From: an uncultured Collinsella sp.
Lineage (GTDB): Bacteria > Actinomycetota > Coriobacteriia > Coriobacteriales > Coriobacteriaceae
Assembly (NCBI GenBank): GCA_902496335.1
Contig: CABVAO010000002.1
Span: 29,028-93,027, forward strand
Length of the DNA: 64,000 nt
Direction: 5' to 3'
Shown here: in pieces, positions 48,568 to 58,571 of the stretch
How positions within the stretch are numbered: the first letter of the stretch is position 1
Layout: each line of letters starts with the position of its first letter
Notes under the pieces: model-generated
The model's database searches: none
What the model saw: only the letters and a program-made list of their open reading frames with translations
What the model was told of the DNA's origin: nothing
Position numbers and translations under genes: made by a program

Positions 48568-49422
48568 ATGGTTGAACTGCTGAAGGGTGCTCCCGTTGCC
48601 CGTGCTTTGACTGAGGAGCTTGCCGCTCGCTGCGCAGCGCTGCGCGAGCGGGGCGTTGTTCCGACGTTGGCTATCGTGCGTGTGGGTGAGCGCGAGGACG
48701 ACCTATCCTACGAGCGCGGCGCTCTCAAGCGCTGCGAGAAGGTTGGCATTGAGGCGCGCCGCGTTTTGCTTCCTGCCGATGTTTCGCAGGACGAGCTGCT
48801 GGCGGCCATCGAGGACATCAATACTGATTCGGCTGTTCATGGCTGTCTGATGTTCCGCCCGCTGCCCGCCGGCCTTGACGAGAACGCCGTCGCCGCAGCG
48901 CTCGATCCCGCCAAGGACGTTGACTCCATGACGCCGTCTTCGCTGCTTACCACGCTTTCGGGGCGCGGCGAGGGTTTTGCTCCCTGCACGGCCGAGGCAG
49001 TGTTAGCGTTGCTGGACCATTACGGTGTTGAGCTGGATGGAGCTAAGGTTGCTGTGGCCGGGCGTTCGCTGGTGATCGGGCGTCCTGTTGCCGCCATGCT
49101 TACGGCGCGCAATGCGACCGTGACGACGTGCCATACGCATACGCGCGACCTTGCTGCCGAGTGCCGTGCTGCCGACATTGTGGTTGCCGCCGTTGGACGC
49201 GCGCGTACGATTGGCGTGGATGCCGTTCGCGAGGACCAGACGATCATTGATGTGGGCATTAACTGGGATGAGGACGCTGGCAAGCTGGTCGGGGACGTCG
49301 ATTTTGATGCTGTGGAGCCGGTTGTTGGTGCCATCACCCCCGTGCCGGGCGGCGTGGGCGCCGTGACAACGGCGATTCTCGCCAAACACGTGATCGAAGC
49401 GGCCGAGCGCGCATCGAAATAG
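48568..49422 (+). CDS. folD: Methylenetetrahydrofolate dehydrogenase (FolD family)
   Basis: KDVD, FAPCT, GRSLVIGRP, ATVTTCH, IDVGIN, GDVD and TPVPGGVG. Confidence 0.93.
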   Translation: MVELLKGAPVARALTEELAARCAALRERGVVPTLAIVRVGEREDDLSYERGALKRCEKVGIEARRVLLPADVSQDELLAAIEDINTDSAVHGCLMFRPLPAGLDENAVAAALDPAKDVDSMTPSSLLTTLSGRGEGFAPCTAEAVLALLDHYGVELDGAKVAVAGRSLVIGRPVAAMLTARNATVTTCHTHTRDLAAECRAADIVVAAVGRARTIGVDAVREDQTIIDVGINWDEDAGKLVGDVDFDAVEPVVGAITPVPGGVGAVTTAILAKHVIEAAERASK

Positions 49423-49534
49423 GCATTTTTGCACACAGGGGTCCCGAGGGGTCCTGAAGGGTTGCGGTTTCGCCCTTTTTGCGTCGAAGCGATACACTGT
49501 TGCCGTTTGATTTCTTCGCTCAAGGAGGATGCGC

Positions 49535-51058
49535 ATGCCGTGCACAACGATTCTGGTCGGTAAGAACGCGAGCTACGACGGGTCGACCCTGGTCGCGCGT
49601 AACGAGGACTCGTCCAACGGGGTGTTTGAGCCCAAGCGTATGCGCGTGGTGCATCCCGACGAGCAGCCGCGCGTCTACACGAGCGTCCTGAGTCACCTGA
49701 CCGTTGAACTGCCCGATAACCCCATGCGCTACACGAGCGTCCCCGATGTTGTCCCGGGCCACGGCATCTGGGCCGAGGCCGGTTTCAACGAGCTCAATGT
49801 GGGCATGTCCGCAACCGAGACACTCACCACCAACGAGCGCGTCCGCGGTGCCGATCCGCTCGTGGACTATGTGCCCGCCAAGGGCAACGAGGGCGAGGAC
49901 GGATACGTTCCGGCACAGTCCGGTGGCTTGGGCGAGGAGGACATGGTGACCCTGGTGCTGCCGTATGCCAAGTCCGCCCGCGACGGCGTGCGTATCCTGG
50001 GCGACCTGCTCGAGCGCTACGGCACCTATGAGAACAACGGCATCGCCTTTAGTGATGTGGACGAGATCTGGTGGCTCGAGACCATCGGCGGCCATCATTG
50101 GATTGCCAAGCGTGTGCCCGATGACGCCTATGTGACCATGCCCAACCAATTGGGTATCGACAGCTTTGACCTGGATGACGCCGAGGGCGACCAGGCCGAC
50201 CACATGTGCTCCGCCGACCTGCGCTCCTGGATGGCCGAGTGGCATCTGGACCTGACGCTGGGCGTCGATGGTGACGGTCCGGTTGCGGTCTTTAACCCGC
50301 GCGAGGCCTTTGGCTCACACAGCGACAGCGACCACGTCTACAACACGCCGCGCGCCTGGTACATGCAGCGCTGCCTCAACCCCAGCGATGTGTGGGACGG
50401 CCCCGACGCCGACTACACGCCCGAGAGCGACGACATCCCCTGGAGCCGTGTGCCCGAGCGCAAGGTGACCATCGAGGACATTAAGTACGTACTCTCGAGC
50501 CACTACCAGGGCACGGAGTACGACTGCTACGGCAGTAAGGGCACGCCCGCCACGCGCGGCGCCTATCGCCCCATCGGCATCAACCGCAACAGCCAGCTCG
50601 CCGTGTTGCAGCTGCGCCCCTATGCGCAGCCGGCGTATCGCGCCGTGCAGTGGATGGCCTTTGGCTCCAACTCGTTTAACGCGCTGGTCCCGCTGTACGC
50701 CAACGTCGAGACCATGCCCGAATACTATGCCGACACGCAGGCTCGCGTGACGTCCGAAAACTTCTACTGGGCCAACCGTCTGATCGGCGCCCTGGCCGAC
50801 GTCCGCTTCCATGAGTGCGGCCGCGCTGTGGAGGACTATCAGGAGAAGGTCGGTGGCATGGGCCACAAGCAGATCCATGACGTTGATGCTGCCGTAGCCG
50901 TCCTGCCCGAGGCCGAGGTGCCTGCCGAACTTGCACGCGCCAACGAGGAGTTTGCCGAGCGTGTTCGCGTAGAGACCGATGCTCTACTGGGCAAGGTGCT
51001 CTACACCACGAGCTGCGCCATGAAGAACTCTTTTGCGATGAACGACAACGTGAGGTAA
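49535..51058 (+). CDS. C69 family dipeptidase
   Basis: N-terminal nucleophile MPCTTILVGK.AS.DGS...ARNED; SATET, GGHHWIA and YNTPRAW. Confidence 0.93.
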   Translation: MPCTTILVGKNASYDGSTLVARNEDSSNGVFEPKRMRVVHPDEQPRVYTSVLSHLTVELPDNPMRYTSVPDVVPGHGIWAEAGFNELNVGMSATETLTTNERVRGADPLVDYVPAKGNEGEDGYVPAQSGGLGEEDMVTLVLPYAKSARDGVRILGDLLERYGTYENNGIAFSDVDEIWWLETIGGHHWIAKRVPDDAYVTMPNQLGIDSFDLDDAEGDQADHMCSADLRSWMAEWHLDLTLGVDGDGPVAVFNPREAFGSHSDSDHVYNTPRAWYMQRCLNPSDVWDGPDADYTPESDDIPWSRVPERKVTIEDIKYVLSSHYQGTEYDCYGSKGTPATRGAYRPIGINRNSQLAVLQLRPYAQPAYRAVQWMAFGSNSFNALVPLYANVETMPEYYADTQARVTSENFYWANRLIGALADVRFHECGRAVEDYQEKVGGMGHKQIHDVDAAVAVLPEAEVPAELARANEEFAERVRVETDALLGKVLYTTSCAMKNSFAMNDNVR

Positions 51059-51157
51059 GGGTTTCCCGTCGATCGAATAGCGCTAAAACGCTTTGTCGCT
51101 TTCGCTCAATCTTGGGTACAAGAACGCCAATGCAGTTGTTTGTGATTGGAGACAACC

Positions 51158-51574
51158 ATGGTTATGAAACTCGATCAGTTTGTTAACGGCGCCATTAACG
51201 TGGGCTTTGGCGCTGCCGCCGTTGCTGTCGAAGGCGGCAAGAAGGTCCTCGACGACCTTAACACCAAGGGCGAGCAGGTCCGCAAGGACACCGCCACCCC
51301 CGATATCGCCCGCAGCGTGTCCGACATGTTCGAGCAGGCCGGCGGTACCATCTCCGATCTGACCGAGCGCTTGGGCATGCAGGGCGAGACCGCGGCCCAG
51401 CGCGTGCTCGACGAGCTCATCCTTGCCCGCGTCCGCGTTATGACCGCCCCCGAGCGCACGGCCTTCCTGGCCCATGTGCGCGACATCGTCGATTCGGTCG
51501 AGGACAACGTGACCTCGGTGCCCGTCGAGTCCGTTGAGCCCGACGATGCGAAGGATACCGAAGAGGCCGAGTAG
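51158..51574 (+). CDS. Hypothetical phasin-like helical protein
   Basis: GFGAAAVAVE.GKKVLDDLN.KGE pattern; lies directly upstream of the ABC1 kinase gene. Confidence 0.6.
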   Translation: MVMKLDQFVNGAINVGFGAAAVAVEGGKKVLDDLNTKGEQVRKDTATPDIARSVSDMFEQAGGTISDLTERLGMQGETAAQRVLDELILARVRVMTAPERTAFLAHVRDIVDSVEDNVTSVPVESVEPDDAKDTEEAE

Positions 51575-51582
51575 CAGCGCAG

Positions 51583-53346
51583 ATGGCAGATTCCACCACC
51601 GATTACAACAATCTAGATCCCTTGGGTGACGAGGCGGCGGTTGTCGATGAGGTCGACGCCGCCGTCTCGGGCGCTCGCAAGAAGCCGCGCGCTGTCGATA
51701 TGGTGCCCGAGGAGCCCGACGCGATGGCGCCGGATGAGGAATACCAGCTCACGCCGGCGGGTCGCCGCGAGCGCATCGGGCAGATTGTTCGCCTGGTCAA
51801 AAAGTACCGCGTGTGGGATAACCTCACGCCGGTTCGTTTGCGCCGCCTGCTCGAGGAACTCGGCCCCATGTTCGTTAAGATGGGGCAGATTCTGGCCAAC
51901 CGGTCCGAGATTCTGCCGCAGCGCTTTTGCGACGAGCTGCGTCGTCTGCGCTCCGACGTGGAGCCGGTGCCGTACGAGGTCGTACTCAGCTGTCTGGAAG
52001 AAGAATACGGCCTGCGCCTGGGGGAGATGTTCGATGCGATCGACCCCAACCCGCTCGGTAGCGCGTCGCTCGCGCAGGTGCACCGCGCTCGTCTGGTGAC
52101 GGGCGAGGACGTGGCCGTCAAGGTGCAGCGTCCCGGTGCGCAGCAGGTTATGGCACAGGACATCGATATCATCCGCTCGGTGGTACGCATCGTTTCCAAG
52201 TTCGTCAACACCGATCAGTTTGTGGACCTGCACGGCGTAGTCGAGGAGCTGTGGACCTCGTTTCGCGAGGAGACCAACTTTTTGGCCGAGGCAAAAAACC
52301 TCAACGACTTCTACGAGTTCCATAAGAGCGTTCATGGCGTGACGTGCCCTAAATCCTATCTGGACCTGTGTACCGAGCACGTGGTGGTTATGGACTACGT
52401 CGACGGCATTTCGATCGCCGATCCTGAACGCTTGGTGGCCGAGGGTTATGACTTGGAAAAGATCGGTGCCGCAATCGTCGAGGACTACTCGACGCAGGTG
52501 CTCGATGACGGCTTTTTCCATGCCGACCCGCATGCGGGAAACATCATTCTCAAGGACGGCATCGTCTACTTTATCGACTTGGGCATGGTCGGACGTATGT
52601 CGAGTCACGATCGCGGTATCGTCAAGGACATGATTTTCGCCGTGGCCGAGGGTGACGTGCCCAAGCTCAAGGATTCGCTCATGCGCTTCGCCGTGACGCG
52701 TGGCGACTCGGCTGAGCTCGATCATTCGGCCTTTTTGTCCGATCTTGACTTCATCGTGGCTGACTTTGCGGGCCTTGACCTGAAGGATCTGGATATCGGC
52801 GAGTTTTTGACCTCGCTGTTAAACCTCGCGCGTAAGAATGATGTTGAGCTGCCGAGCGTGGTGACGATGTTCGCGCGCGGCATGGTGACGCTCGAGGGTC
52901 TGCTGACCGAGTACATGCCCAACGTCAACATGATCCAGATCATTCAGGCTCATATCAAAAACGAGAAGAGCATCTATGCCCGCATGCGCGAGATGAGCCG
53001 CGACTTTGCCGCGAGCAGCTATCGCGCGGCAAAAGGCTCGCTCGAGGCGGCCGAGTATCTGGGCTTGGCTTCGCGTATGCTCACGCGCGGCCAGCTTAAG
53101 GTGAACACGCAGATCATGAGCAGCGATAAGGCGCTGCGACAGCTGGGCGGAATCATCGACCGCATGTCGATGGCGATTGTGATCGCCGGTCTGTTTATCG
53201 GTTCGTCGGTGGTGTACTATGCACGCATCGAGCCGGTTGTGTTTGGTATCCCAGTCATTGGCTTTATGGGCTACGTGAGCGCGCTGGTGCTGGCGCTTAT
53301 GCTGGGTCGCAATATCTGGCTCAACAGCCACGGCGGCAAGCACTAG
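51583..53346 (+). CDS. AarF/UbiB (ABC1) family atypical kinase
   Basis: ELGPMFVKMGQ, SASLAQVH, VAVKVQRP, GFFHADPHAGN and IDLGMVG; two C-terminal TM helices. Confidence 0.93.
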   Translation: MADSTTDYNNLDPLGDEAAVVDEVDAAVSGARKKPRAVDMVPEEPDAMAPDEEYQLTPAGRRERIGQIVRLVKKYRVWDNLTPVRLRRLLEELGPMFVKMGQILANRSEILPQRFCDELRRLRSDVEPVPYEVVLSCLEEEYGLRLGEMFDAIDPNPLGSASLAQVHRARLVTGEDVAVKVQRPGAQQVMAQDIDIIRSVVRIVSKFVNTDQFVDLHGVVEELWTSFREETNFLAEAKNLNDFYEFHKSVHGVTCPKSYLDLCTEHVVVMDYVDGISIADPERLVAEGYDLEKIGAAIVEDYSTQVLDDGFFHADPHAGNIILKDGIVYFIDLGMVGRMSSHDRGIVKDMIFAVAEGDVPKLKDSLMRFAVTRGDSAELDHSAFLSDLDFIVADFAGLDLKDLDIGEFLTSLLNLARKNDVELPSVVTMFARGMVTLEGLLTEYMPNVNMIQIIQAHIKNEKSIYARMREMSRDFAASSYRAAKGSLEAAEYLGLASRMLTRGQLKVNTQIMSSDKALRQLGGIIDRMSMAIVIAGLFIGSSVVYYARIEPVVFGIPVIGFMGYVSALVLALMLGRNIWLNSHGGKH

Positions 53347-53459
53347 AGGCTGTGACCGTCACCGCATTCTCCTATCGCAAACAATAGCTTTTACCTTGGG
53401 CTTCGCCTGCGTGCGAGGCCCTTTTGCGTGATAGCATATTGACGGTTTTAATCGATGGC

Positions 53460-53635
53460 CTAGATGGTGGTGCGGAGACGCACGAATGCGCGGTTTTCCT
53501 GCGCGTTTGGGGGAATCGGGGTGCAAGTCCCCGGCTGTACCAGTAACCGTAATTCCTCTTGGCTCGGGATGTTCGCGTCGCAGATCGGACGGCGCGCCCG
53601 AGTCGTTAAGGTTAAGTCGGATCGCCTCCCATCTT
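53460..53635 (+). ncRNA. Cobalamin riboswitch
   Basis: Core GGGAATCGGGGTGCAAGTCCCCGGCTGTACCAGTAACCGTAA and 3' B12-box-like AAGTCGGATCGCC. 5' AGATGG pairs with 3' CCATCT. Precedes DUF4430 genes. Confidence 0.88.
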
Positions 53636-53696
53636 GCATGCGGCTGCGGCGTATGCCGCCGGTGTGCATAGGGCTCTGGAGGGAAGGGGGACCCCG

Positions 53697-56600
53697 ATGG
53701 GGGAACTCGAGCGTAACATGCGCGATGACGTGGGGCAGCCGCTGGGCAATGCTCCAAGTACAGACAATGGGGGACAAATGGATATGTTTGAGGACGAGCG
53801 CGAGCGCGCCTCGCTGCATCGCCGTGGCGCGATTGCACGCGGCGTAGCCAAGCGCGGCCTGGTGGCATTCCTGGCCTTCGCGATGGCCTTTGGCACCACG
53901 CCGGCTCAGCTGTGGGCCGAGGGCGCCGAGGGCATTGCCGAGGCTGTGGCTCAGGCTACGACGCCGGGCGAGGACGCAGCGCTTGCGGGCGGTGCCGCTG
54001 AGCAGAGCGGCGCCGAGGTTTCGGATTCTGGGAGCGCGCCTGCAGCTAGTGCCGCCGCAACAAAGGCAGCAACTGGCGACGAAGGCTCGGCGACGGGGGA
54101 GAGCCCTGTCGCGAGCGAGCAGTCTTCAGCGGCATCCGCTGGCCAAGCAGGATCTGCCGCCGCGGCTGCCGTTCAGACAGAGAACCCGACAGAAACCGGC
54201 GATGTCGCCAAGAAGCAAGTCGAGGTCTCGTTCTCGATTATCGGCACCGATGCCGACGGCAAGGCTCAGACCTGGGTGGCACCTACGCAGCTCAAGCTCG
54301 ACGAGGGCGCGACGGCTGCGGATGCCTTCGTTAAGCTGCAGCAGAAGACGGGCTTTAAAGCGGATTACGAACCGAACACGGCATACGGCTTCTACCTCAA
54401 AAGCATCACGTCCCCGACAGATGGCCGCACGCTTGCCTACGATCCGACGACTAATGCCTTCTGGCAGCTGTTCGTCGACGGCGCGTCTTCCTCGGTTGGC
54501 GCGAGCAGCGTTAAGCTCGCCCCGGGGCAGAAGATTGAGTTTGCCTTTACGGGTGGTAGCGCATCCCCTGTCGTTAAGGATCAGGTTGCCGCAAATGTGA
54601 CCGTCATTGGTCGCGATGCCCAGGGCAAGACTCAGACTTGGGTCGATAACGCGCAGTATGTGGTGACGTCCGGTTCGAGCGCACTTGACCTTACGAAGGT
54701 CGCGCTTGAGGCGAATGACATCGACGCCGTTGCTGCTGGCTCCTTCATTCTGAGCCTTAAGTACAACGGTGTTGAGCTGGGTACGCCCCAAGATTATTCG
54801 ACCTATTGGCAGCTGTTCATCAACGGCAAGTCGAGTGACTATACGGCGGACAATGTCACCATCCATGCCGGCGATACCGTCACGTGGTTCTACGGTGGCT
54901 GGGGCGACCAGTTGCCGTCCGATTCTGTCCATGCTTCTGTTCAGGTTCTCGGTAAGGACAAGGACGGCAAGCAGCAGGTTTGGGCTTCGACGGGTCAGAC
55001 GAGTCTCAAGGCAGGCTCCACTGCCAAGGATCTCCTTGAGCAGGTCGGCCTTACTCTCGATGCTGGCGAATCGTCTTGGGGCTGGTTCCTCAACGGCATT
55101 TATTCGCCCTTCGATGGTAAGTCCTATTGTGGCTATGATGCTGCGACCAATAGCTATTGGCGCTTCTACGTAAATGGCAAGTTCGCCGACGTTGGCGCCG
55201 GTGTCTACAAGCTCCAGGAGGGTGACGCCGTCACCTTTATGTATGGTGCTGACGCCGATGCCCTCCCCGGTCAGGTGCTTGGATCCGCCGATGTTATCGG
55301 TCCCGATGTCAACGGGAACAATACGCGTTGGGGCACGGCAAGCAATGTTTCTCTGCCCGAAGGCTCCACGGCCCAGAACCTTATTGAGGCAGTTCTGAAG
55401 GCCAAGGGCGTTGCGTACAACGGCTCCCAGAGTGGTGAGTACTGGTTCCTGAATTCCATTACTTCGCCGTTCGATCACAAGCCGTATGGTTGGGATGCTG
55501 CGACCAATAAATATTGGCATCTGTATATCAACGGAGAGTCCTCCTTACTCTGCGCCAATCAGATTACGCTCAAGAGCGGCGATAAGGTCACGCTTGCCTA
55601 CACCACCGATAATTCGCCCATGCCCGATCCCGACAAGATTGTCGTGGATCCGAGCGCGACGACTCCTGATTGGGATGCCGAGTGGGCCGGCTACGGCAAC
55701 AGTGGCAACGGTTCGACCGTAACGGATGCCAAGACGCCTGCGCAGGCCGCCGGTCTTAAGTGGGCCTTCGATTGGAAGGCCGAGTCTGGTCAGCAGTATG
55801 CCAACTGCAGCGAGCCTGTCATTGCTAACGGCTTTGTGTACATCGCGACCGAGAACGAGCTCATTAAGATCGATTCGTCCACGGGCAAAAAGGTTGCCTC
55901 TGCGCCGCTTGCCTCCAAGGTGAGCTATACCTCTCGTCCGATCTATACCAATGGCCTTATCATCGTTCCGCTCAACGGCGGTGCGGTCCAGGCGATTACT
56001 GCAGACAAGCTGATCTGCAAGTGGCTGACGCCTGGTTTGACGGACTTGACGCAGAGCTCCTGCACCGTCGTTTCGGACGGCGAGTACGTCTATGTAGGCT
56101 CGGTCGATATTTCGTATGACGAGAATTACAACGCGACCTACGGCAACGGCTCCTTTGTGCGCATTAAGATTGCCACGGGCGAAGTTTCTTGGCAGAACAT
56201 CGACCCTGCCGAGGGCTATTACTGGACTGGTGCGGCTTTGACGGATAAGTATGCCATCGTTCCTACGAGCGCGGGTACGCTTAAGTGCATTGATAAGACG
56301 ACGGGCGATGTCGTTTCGACCATGAAGCTCGGCGCTGTCGCAAATGCCGATTGCATTGCCGATTCGTCCAATGGTTCGACCTTCTATCAGATGACGCACG
56401 ACGGAAAGCTCCATGTGATTTCGCTTTCGGCGAAGGGCGTGCTGAGTGAACAGAAGACGGTTGATCTGGGCCTTACGAATAATCTGAGCGCCCCTGCGGT
56501 GTCTGGTGACAATCTGATTGTCGGCGGACAGACGGCTACGGGCTCTGCTCTGGTTCTCTATAACCTGAAGACGGGTAAGACCACGATGGTCGCTGCTGCC

Positions 56601-57554
56601 GACGGCAAGGCGCTGCCGGCTGGCCTCAACGGTATTGCTGCTACTCCGCTGGTGAGTGTTCAGGGCGGCAAGACCTATGTGTACTTCACCGTTAACAGCG
56701 CGGATAGCAAGGATTACGTCAACTACTCTGCTGGTGGTGGCGTGTATCGCTATACGCTCGGCGATGCAGAGGCGACGCAGATTTATGATGCGGCTGGCCA
56801 TTACCAGTACTGTGACTCTCCGGTCATTGCCGATGCTTTTGGCAATCTCTACTACATTAATGATTCGGGCACGCTGTTTAAACTTGGAGCTGTCGAGTCT
56901 TGGACGGTTGCCTTTAACTCCAACGGCGGGTCTGCTTGCGACACTAAGTTTGTTGCTACGGCCGATGGCAAGCTGGTCAAGCCGGCCGATCCGACGCGCG
57001 ATGGCTACGCTTTCGGCGGTTGGTATACCGATGAGGCTTGCACGCAGGCGTATGACTTTAGCACGCCGGTGACGGCCGATCTGACGCTGTATGCCAAGTG
57101 GACCAAGAATGCCGTTAACCCTGGCGGTAATGGCGGCGCTGGTTCGAATGGCGGCGGCGGTTCTGGTACCGGTACTGGTTCCGGCACTGGCGCTGGCACT
57201 GGCACGGGTTCCGGCTCCGGCTCGAAGGGCGGCGCTGTCGCCCCGGGTCATAAGCCGACGACCAAGACGACGGTGTCGACCAAGACCGAGACCAAGGACA
57301 ACAAGTCCAATAAGAAGGACTCCGATAAGTCCGATAAGAAGGACGAGAAGAAGTCTGACAAGAAGGACAGCAAGTCCGACAAGAAGTCCGATTCCAAGTC
57401 CGATACGGGTGCTGTTGCCGCGACTACCGCTAAGAAGTCCGCTGAGGCTCCTGTGCAGCAGTCTGGCTTCAATCCGCTTGCCATCGTTGGTGTTGCGGCC
57501 GGCGTGATCGGGCTTGCTGTCATCGGCGTGTTCGTGTTTACCAAGCGTCGGTAG
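53697..57554 (+). CDS. Large surface protein: 4x DUF4430 (transcobalamin-like) + PQQ-like beta-propeller + InlB B-repeat + Gly and Lys/Asp linkers + C-terminal membrane anchor
   Basis: Four repeats ending W.(L/F)(F/Y)(V/I)(D/N)G...G(D/Q).(I/V); propeller-like repeats; FNSNGGS...PADPTRDGYAFGGWY...LTLYAKW; C-terminal TM followed by KRR. Start uncertain (53697-53784). Confidence 0.85.
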   Translation: MGELERNMRDDVGQPLGNAPSTDNGGQMDMFEDERERASLHRRGAIARGVAKRGLVAFLAFAMAFGTTPAQLWAEGAEGIAEAVAQATTPGEDAALAGGAAEQSGAEVSDSGSAPAASAAATKAATGDEGSATGESPVASEQSSAASAGQAGSAAAAAVQTENPTETGDVAKKQVEVSFSIIGTDADGKAQTWVAPTQLKLDEGATAADAFVKLQQKTGFKADYEPNTAYGFYLKSITSPTDGRTLAYDPTTNAFWQLFVDGASSSVGASSVKLAPGQKIEFAFTGGSASPVVKDQVAANVTVIGRDAQGKTQTWVDNAQYVVTSGSSALDLTKVALEANDIDAVAAGSFILSLKYNGVELGTPQDYSTYWQLFINGKSSDYTADNVTIHAGDTVTWFYGGWGDQLPSDSVHASVQVLGKDKDGKQQVWASTGQTSLKAGSTAKDLLEQVGLTLDAGESSWGWFLNGIYSPFDGKSYCGYDAATNSYWRFYVNGKFADVGAGVYKLQEGDAVTFMYGADADALPGQVLGSADVIGPDVNGNNTRWGTASNVSLPEGSTAQNLIEAVLKAKGVAYNGSQSGEYWFLNSITSPFDHKPYGWDAATNKYWHLYINGESSLLCANQITLKSGDKVTLAYTTDNSPMPDPDKIVVDPSATTPDWDAEWAGYGNSGNGSTVTDAKTPAQAAGLKWAFDWKAESGQQYANCSEPVIANGFVYIATENELIKIDSSTGKKVASAPLASKVSYTSRPIYTNGLIIVPLNGGAVQAITADKLICKWLTPGLTDLTQSSCTVVSDGEYVYVGSVDISYDENYNATYGNGSFVRIKIATGEVSWQNIDPAEGYYWTGAALTDKYAIVPTSAGTLKCIDKTTGDVVSTMKLGAVANADCIADSSNGSTFYQMTHDGKLHVISLSAKGVLSEQKTVDLGLTNNLSAPAVSGDNLIVGGQTATGSALVLYNLKTGKTTMVAAADGKALPAGLNGIAATPLVSVQGGKTYVYFTVNSADSKDYVNYSAGGGVYRYTLGDAEATQIYDAAGHYQYCDSPVIADAFGNLYYINDSGTLFKLGAVESWTVAFNSNGGSACDTKFVATADGKLVKPADPTRDGYAFGGWYTDEACTQAYDFSTPVTADLTLYAKWTKNAVNPGGNGGAGSNGGGGSGTGTGSGTGAGTGTGSGSGSKGGAVAPGHKPTTKTTVSTKTETKDNKSNKKDSDKSDKKDEKKSDKKDSKSDKKSDSKSDTGAVAATTAKKSAEAPVQQSGFNPLAIVGVAAGVIGLAVIGVFVFTKRR

Positions 57555-57563
57555 GTGGGGGCC

Positions 57564-58472
57564 GTGTCCAATAAGCCTCAGGACGCCGACTCCAAGCAAC
57601 CCGACTCGTCGTTCATTCAGCTCGACGATGCAAAGCAAAAGGGCTCCGCTTCGGCGGCGTCCGCCCCTCGGCGCAAGGCGCTTGTTGGTGCCCTGACGGC
57701 CGTCTGTATCGCACTCATCATCGTCTCGTTAGGTTTTGTCCATCCCTCTACCAGCGGTGCATGGTCCATCGATTGGATTGCGCGGGCTGTGACAGGGGAG
57801 AGCGTCGTTGCCAAGGATGCGTCGGTTTCCGGCTCGACTACCGCTTCGGGCAAGGCTGCGCCCAAGGACTCCAAATCTTCGGACAATGCGAAGGACGGGT
57901 CGAAGGACTCGGATGAATCTGATTCCAAGGACAAGTCTGAATCTTCGGACAAGAAGTCTGACAAGGACTCGAAGGAGAAGAAGTCCGAAGGCAAGGGCGG
58001 CAAGAAGTCCAACAACGCGTCTGCCGGACAGGGCTCCGGATCCGCTGGCGGATCGAACGCTTCTAACGGCTCGTCTTCGGGCGGCGGCTCGGCGTCCGGC
58101 GGTGAGTCTGCATCCAACAGTGGCAGCGCCTCTGCTGGCAATCAGAGCGGCTCGCAGCAGCCTGGCTACGTAACGGTGACGGTTTCGGTCACATCGAGCT
58201 CTGTGGGCAATCCTGTGTCCTCTGGTGGCACCTTTACCTTTAACGAAGGCGCTACCGTCTACGATGCCCTGTGCGCGCTGGGCCTTTCTGTCAACGCACA
58301 TGGCTCGTCGTACGGTACGTATGTCTCCGCGATTGGTGGTTTGGCCGAGAAACAGTACGGCGGCACGAGCGGCTGGATGTACTCCGTCAACGGCACAACG
58401 CCCATGACGGCCTGCAGTAACTACGTTCTCTCCAATGGCGACAACGTTGTTTGGTATTACGTAACGGGCTAG
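57564..58472 (+). CDS. Membrane-anchored DUF4430 (transcobalamin-like) domain protein with a long low-complexity stalk
   Basis: N-terminal TM; Ser/Lys/Asp and Gly/Ser linker; GATVYDAL...YVSAIGGLAEK..GGTSGWMYSVNG...GDNVVWYY. Confidence 0.88.
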   Translation: MSNKPQDADSKQPDSSFIQLDDAKQKGSASAASAPRRKALVGALTAVCIALIIVSLGFVHPSTSGAWSIDWIARAVTGESVVAKDASVSGSTTASGKAAPKDSKSSDNAKDGSKDSDESDSKDKSESSDKKSDKDSKEKKSEGKGGKKSNNASAGQGSGSAGGSNASNGSSSGGGSASGGESASNSGSASAGNQSGSQQPGYVTVTVSVTSSSVGNPVSSGGTFTFNEGATVYDALCALGLSVNAHGSSYGTYVSAIGGLAEKQYGGTSGWMYSVNGTTPMTACSNYVLSNGDNVVWYYVTG

Positions 58473-58495
58473 AGGCCTCGACATAGCGCGCCAGA

Positions 58496-58532
58496 CGGGC
58501 GGTTCGGACCAACATCCGGACCGCCCGTTTTT
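58496..58532 (+). terminator. Intrinsic terminator closing the B12-riboswitch operon
   Basis: ACGGGCGGTTCGGA / TCCGGACCGCCCGT stem followed by TTTT. Confidence 0.8.
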
Positions 58533-58571
58533 CATGCGAATGGGACTGGGTCGCCGGGTCTCTCTGCAAAC

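Noticed and set aside
57290..58010. Lys/Asp/Ser-rich repeats as a DNA repeat element
   Set aside because: These are low-complexity coding linkers within the two DUF4430 proteins.
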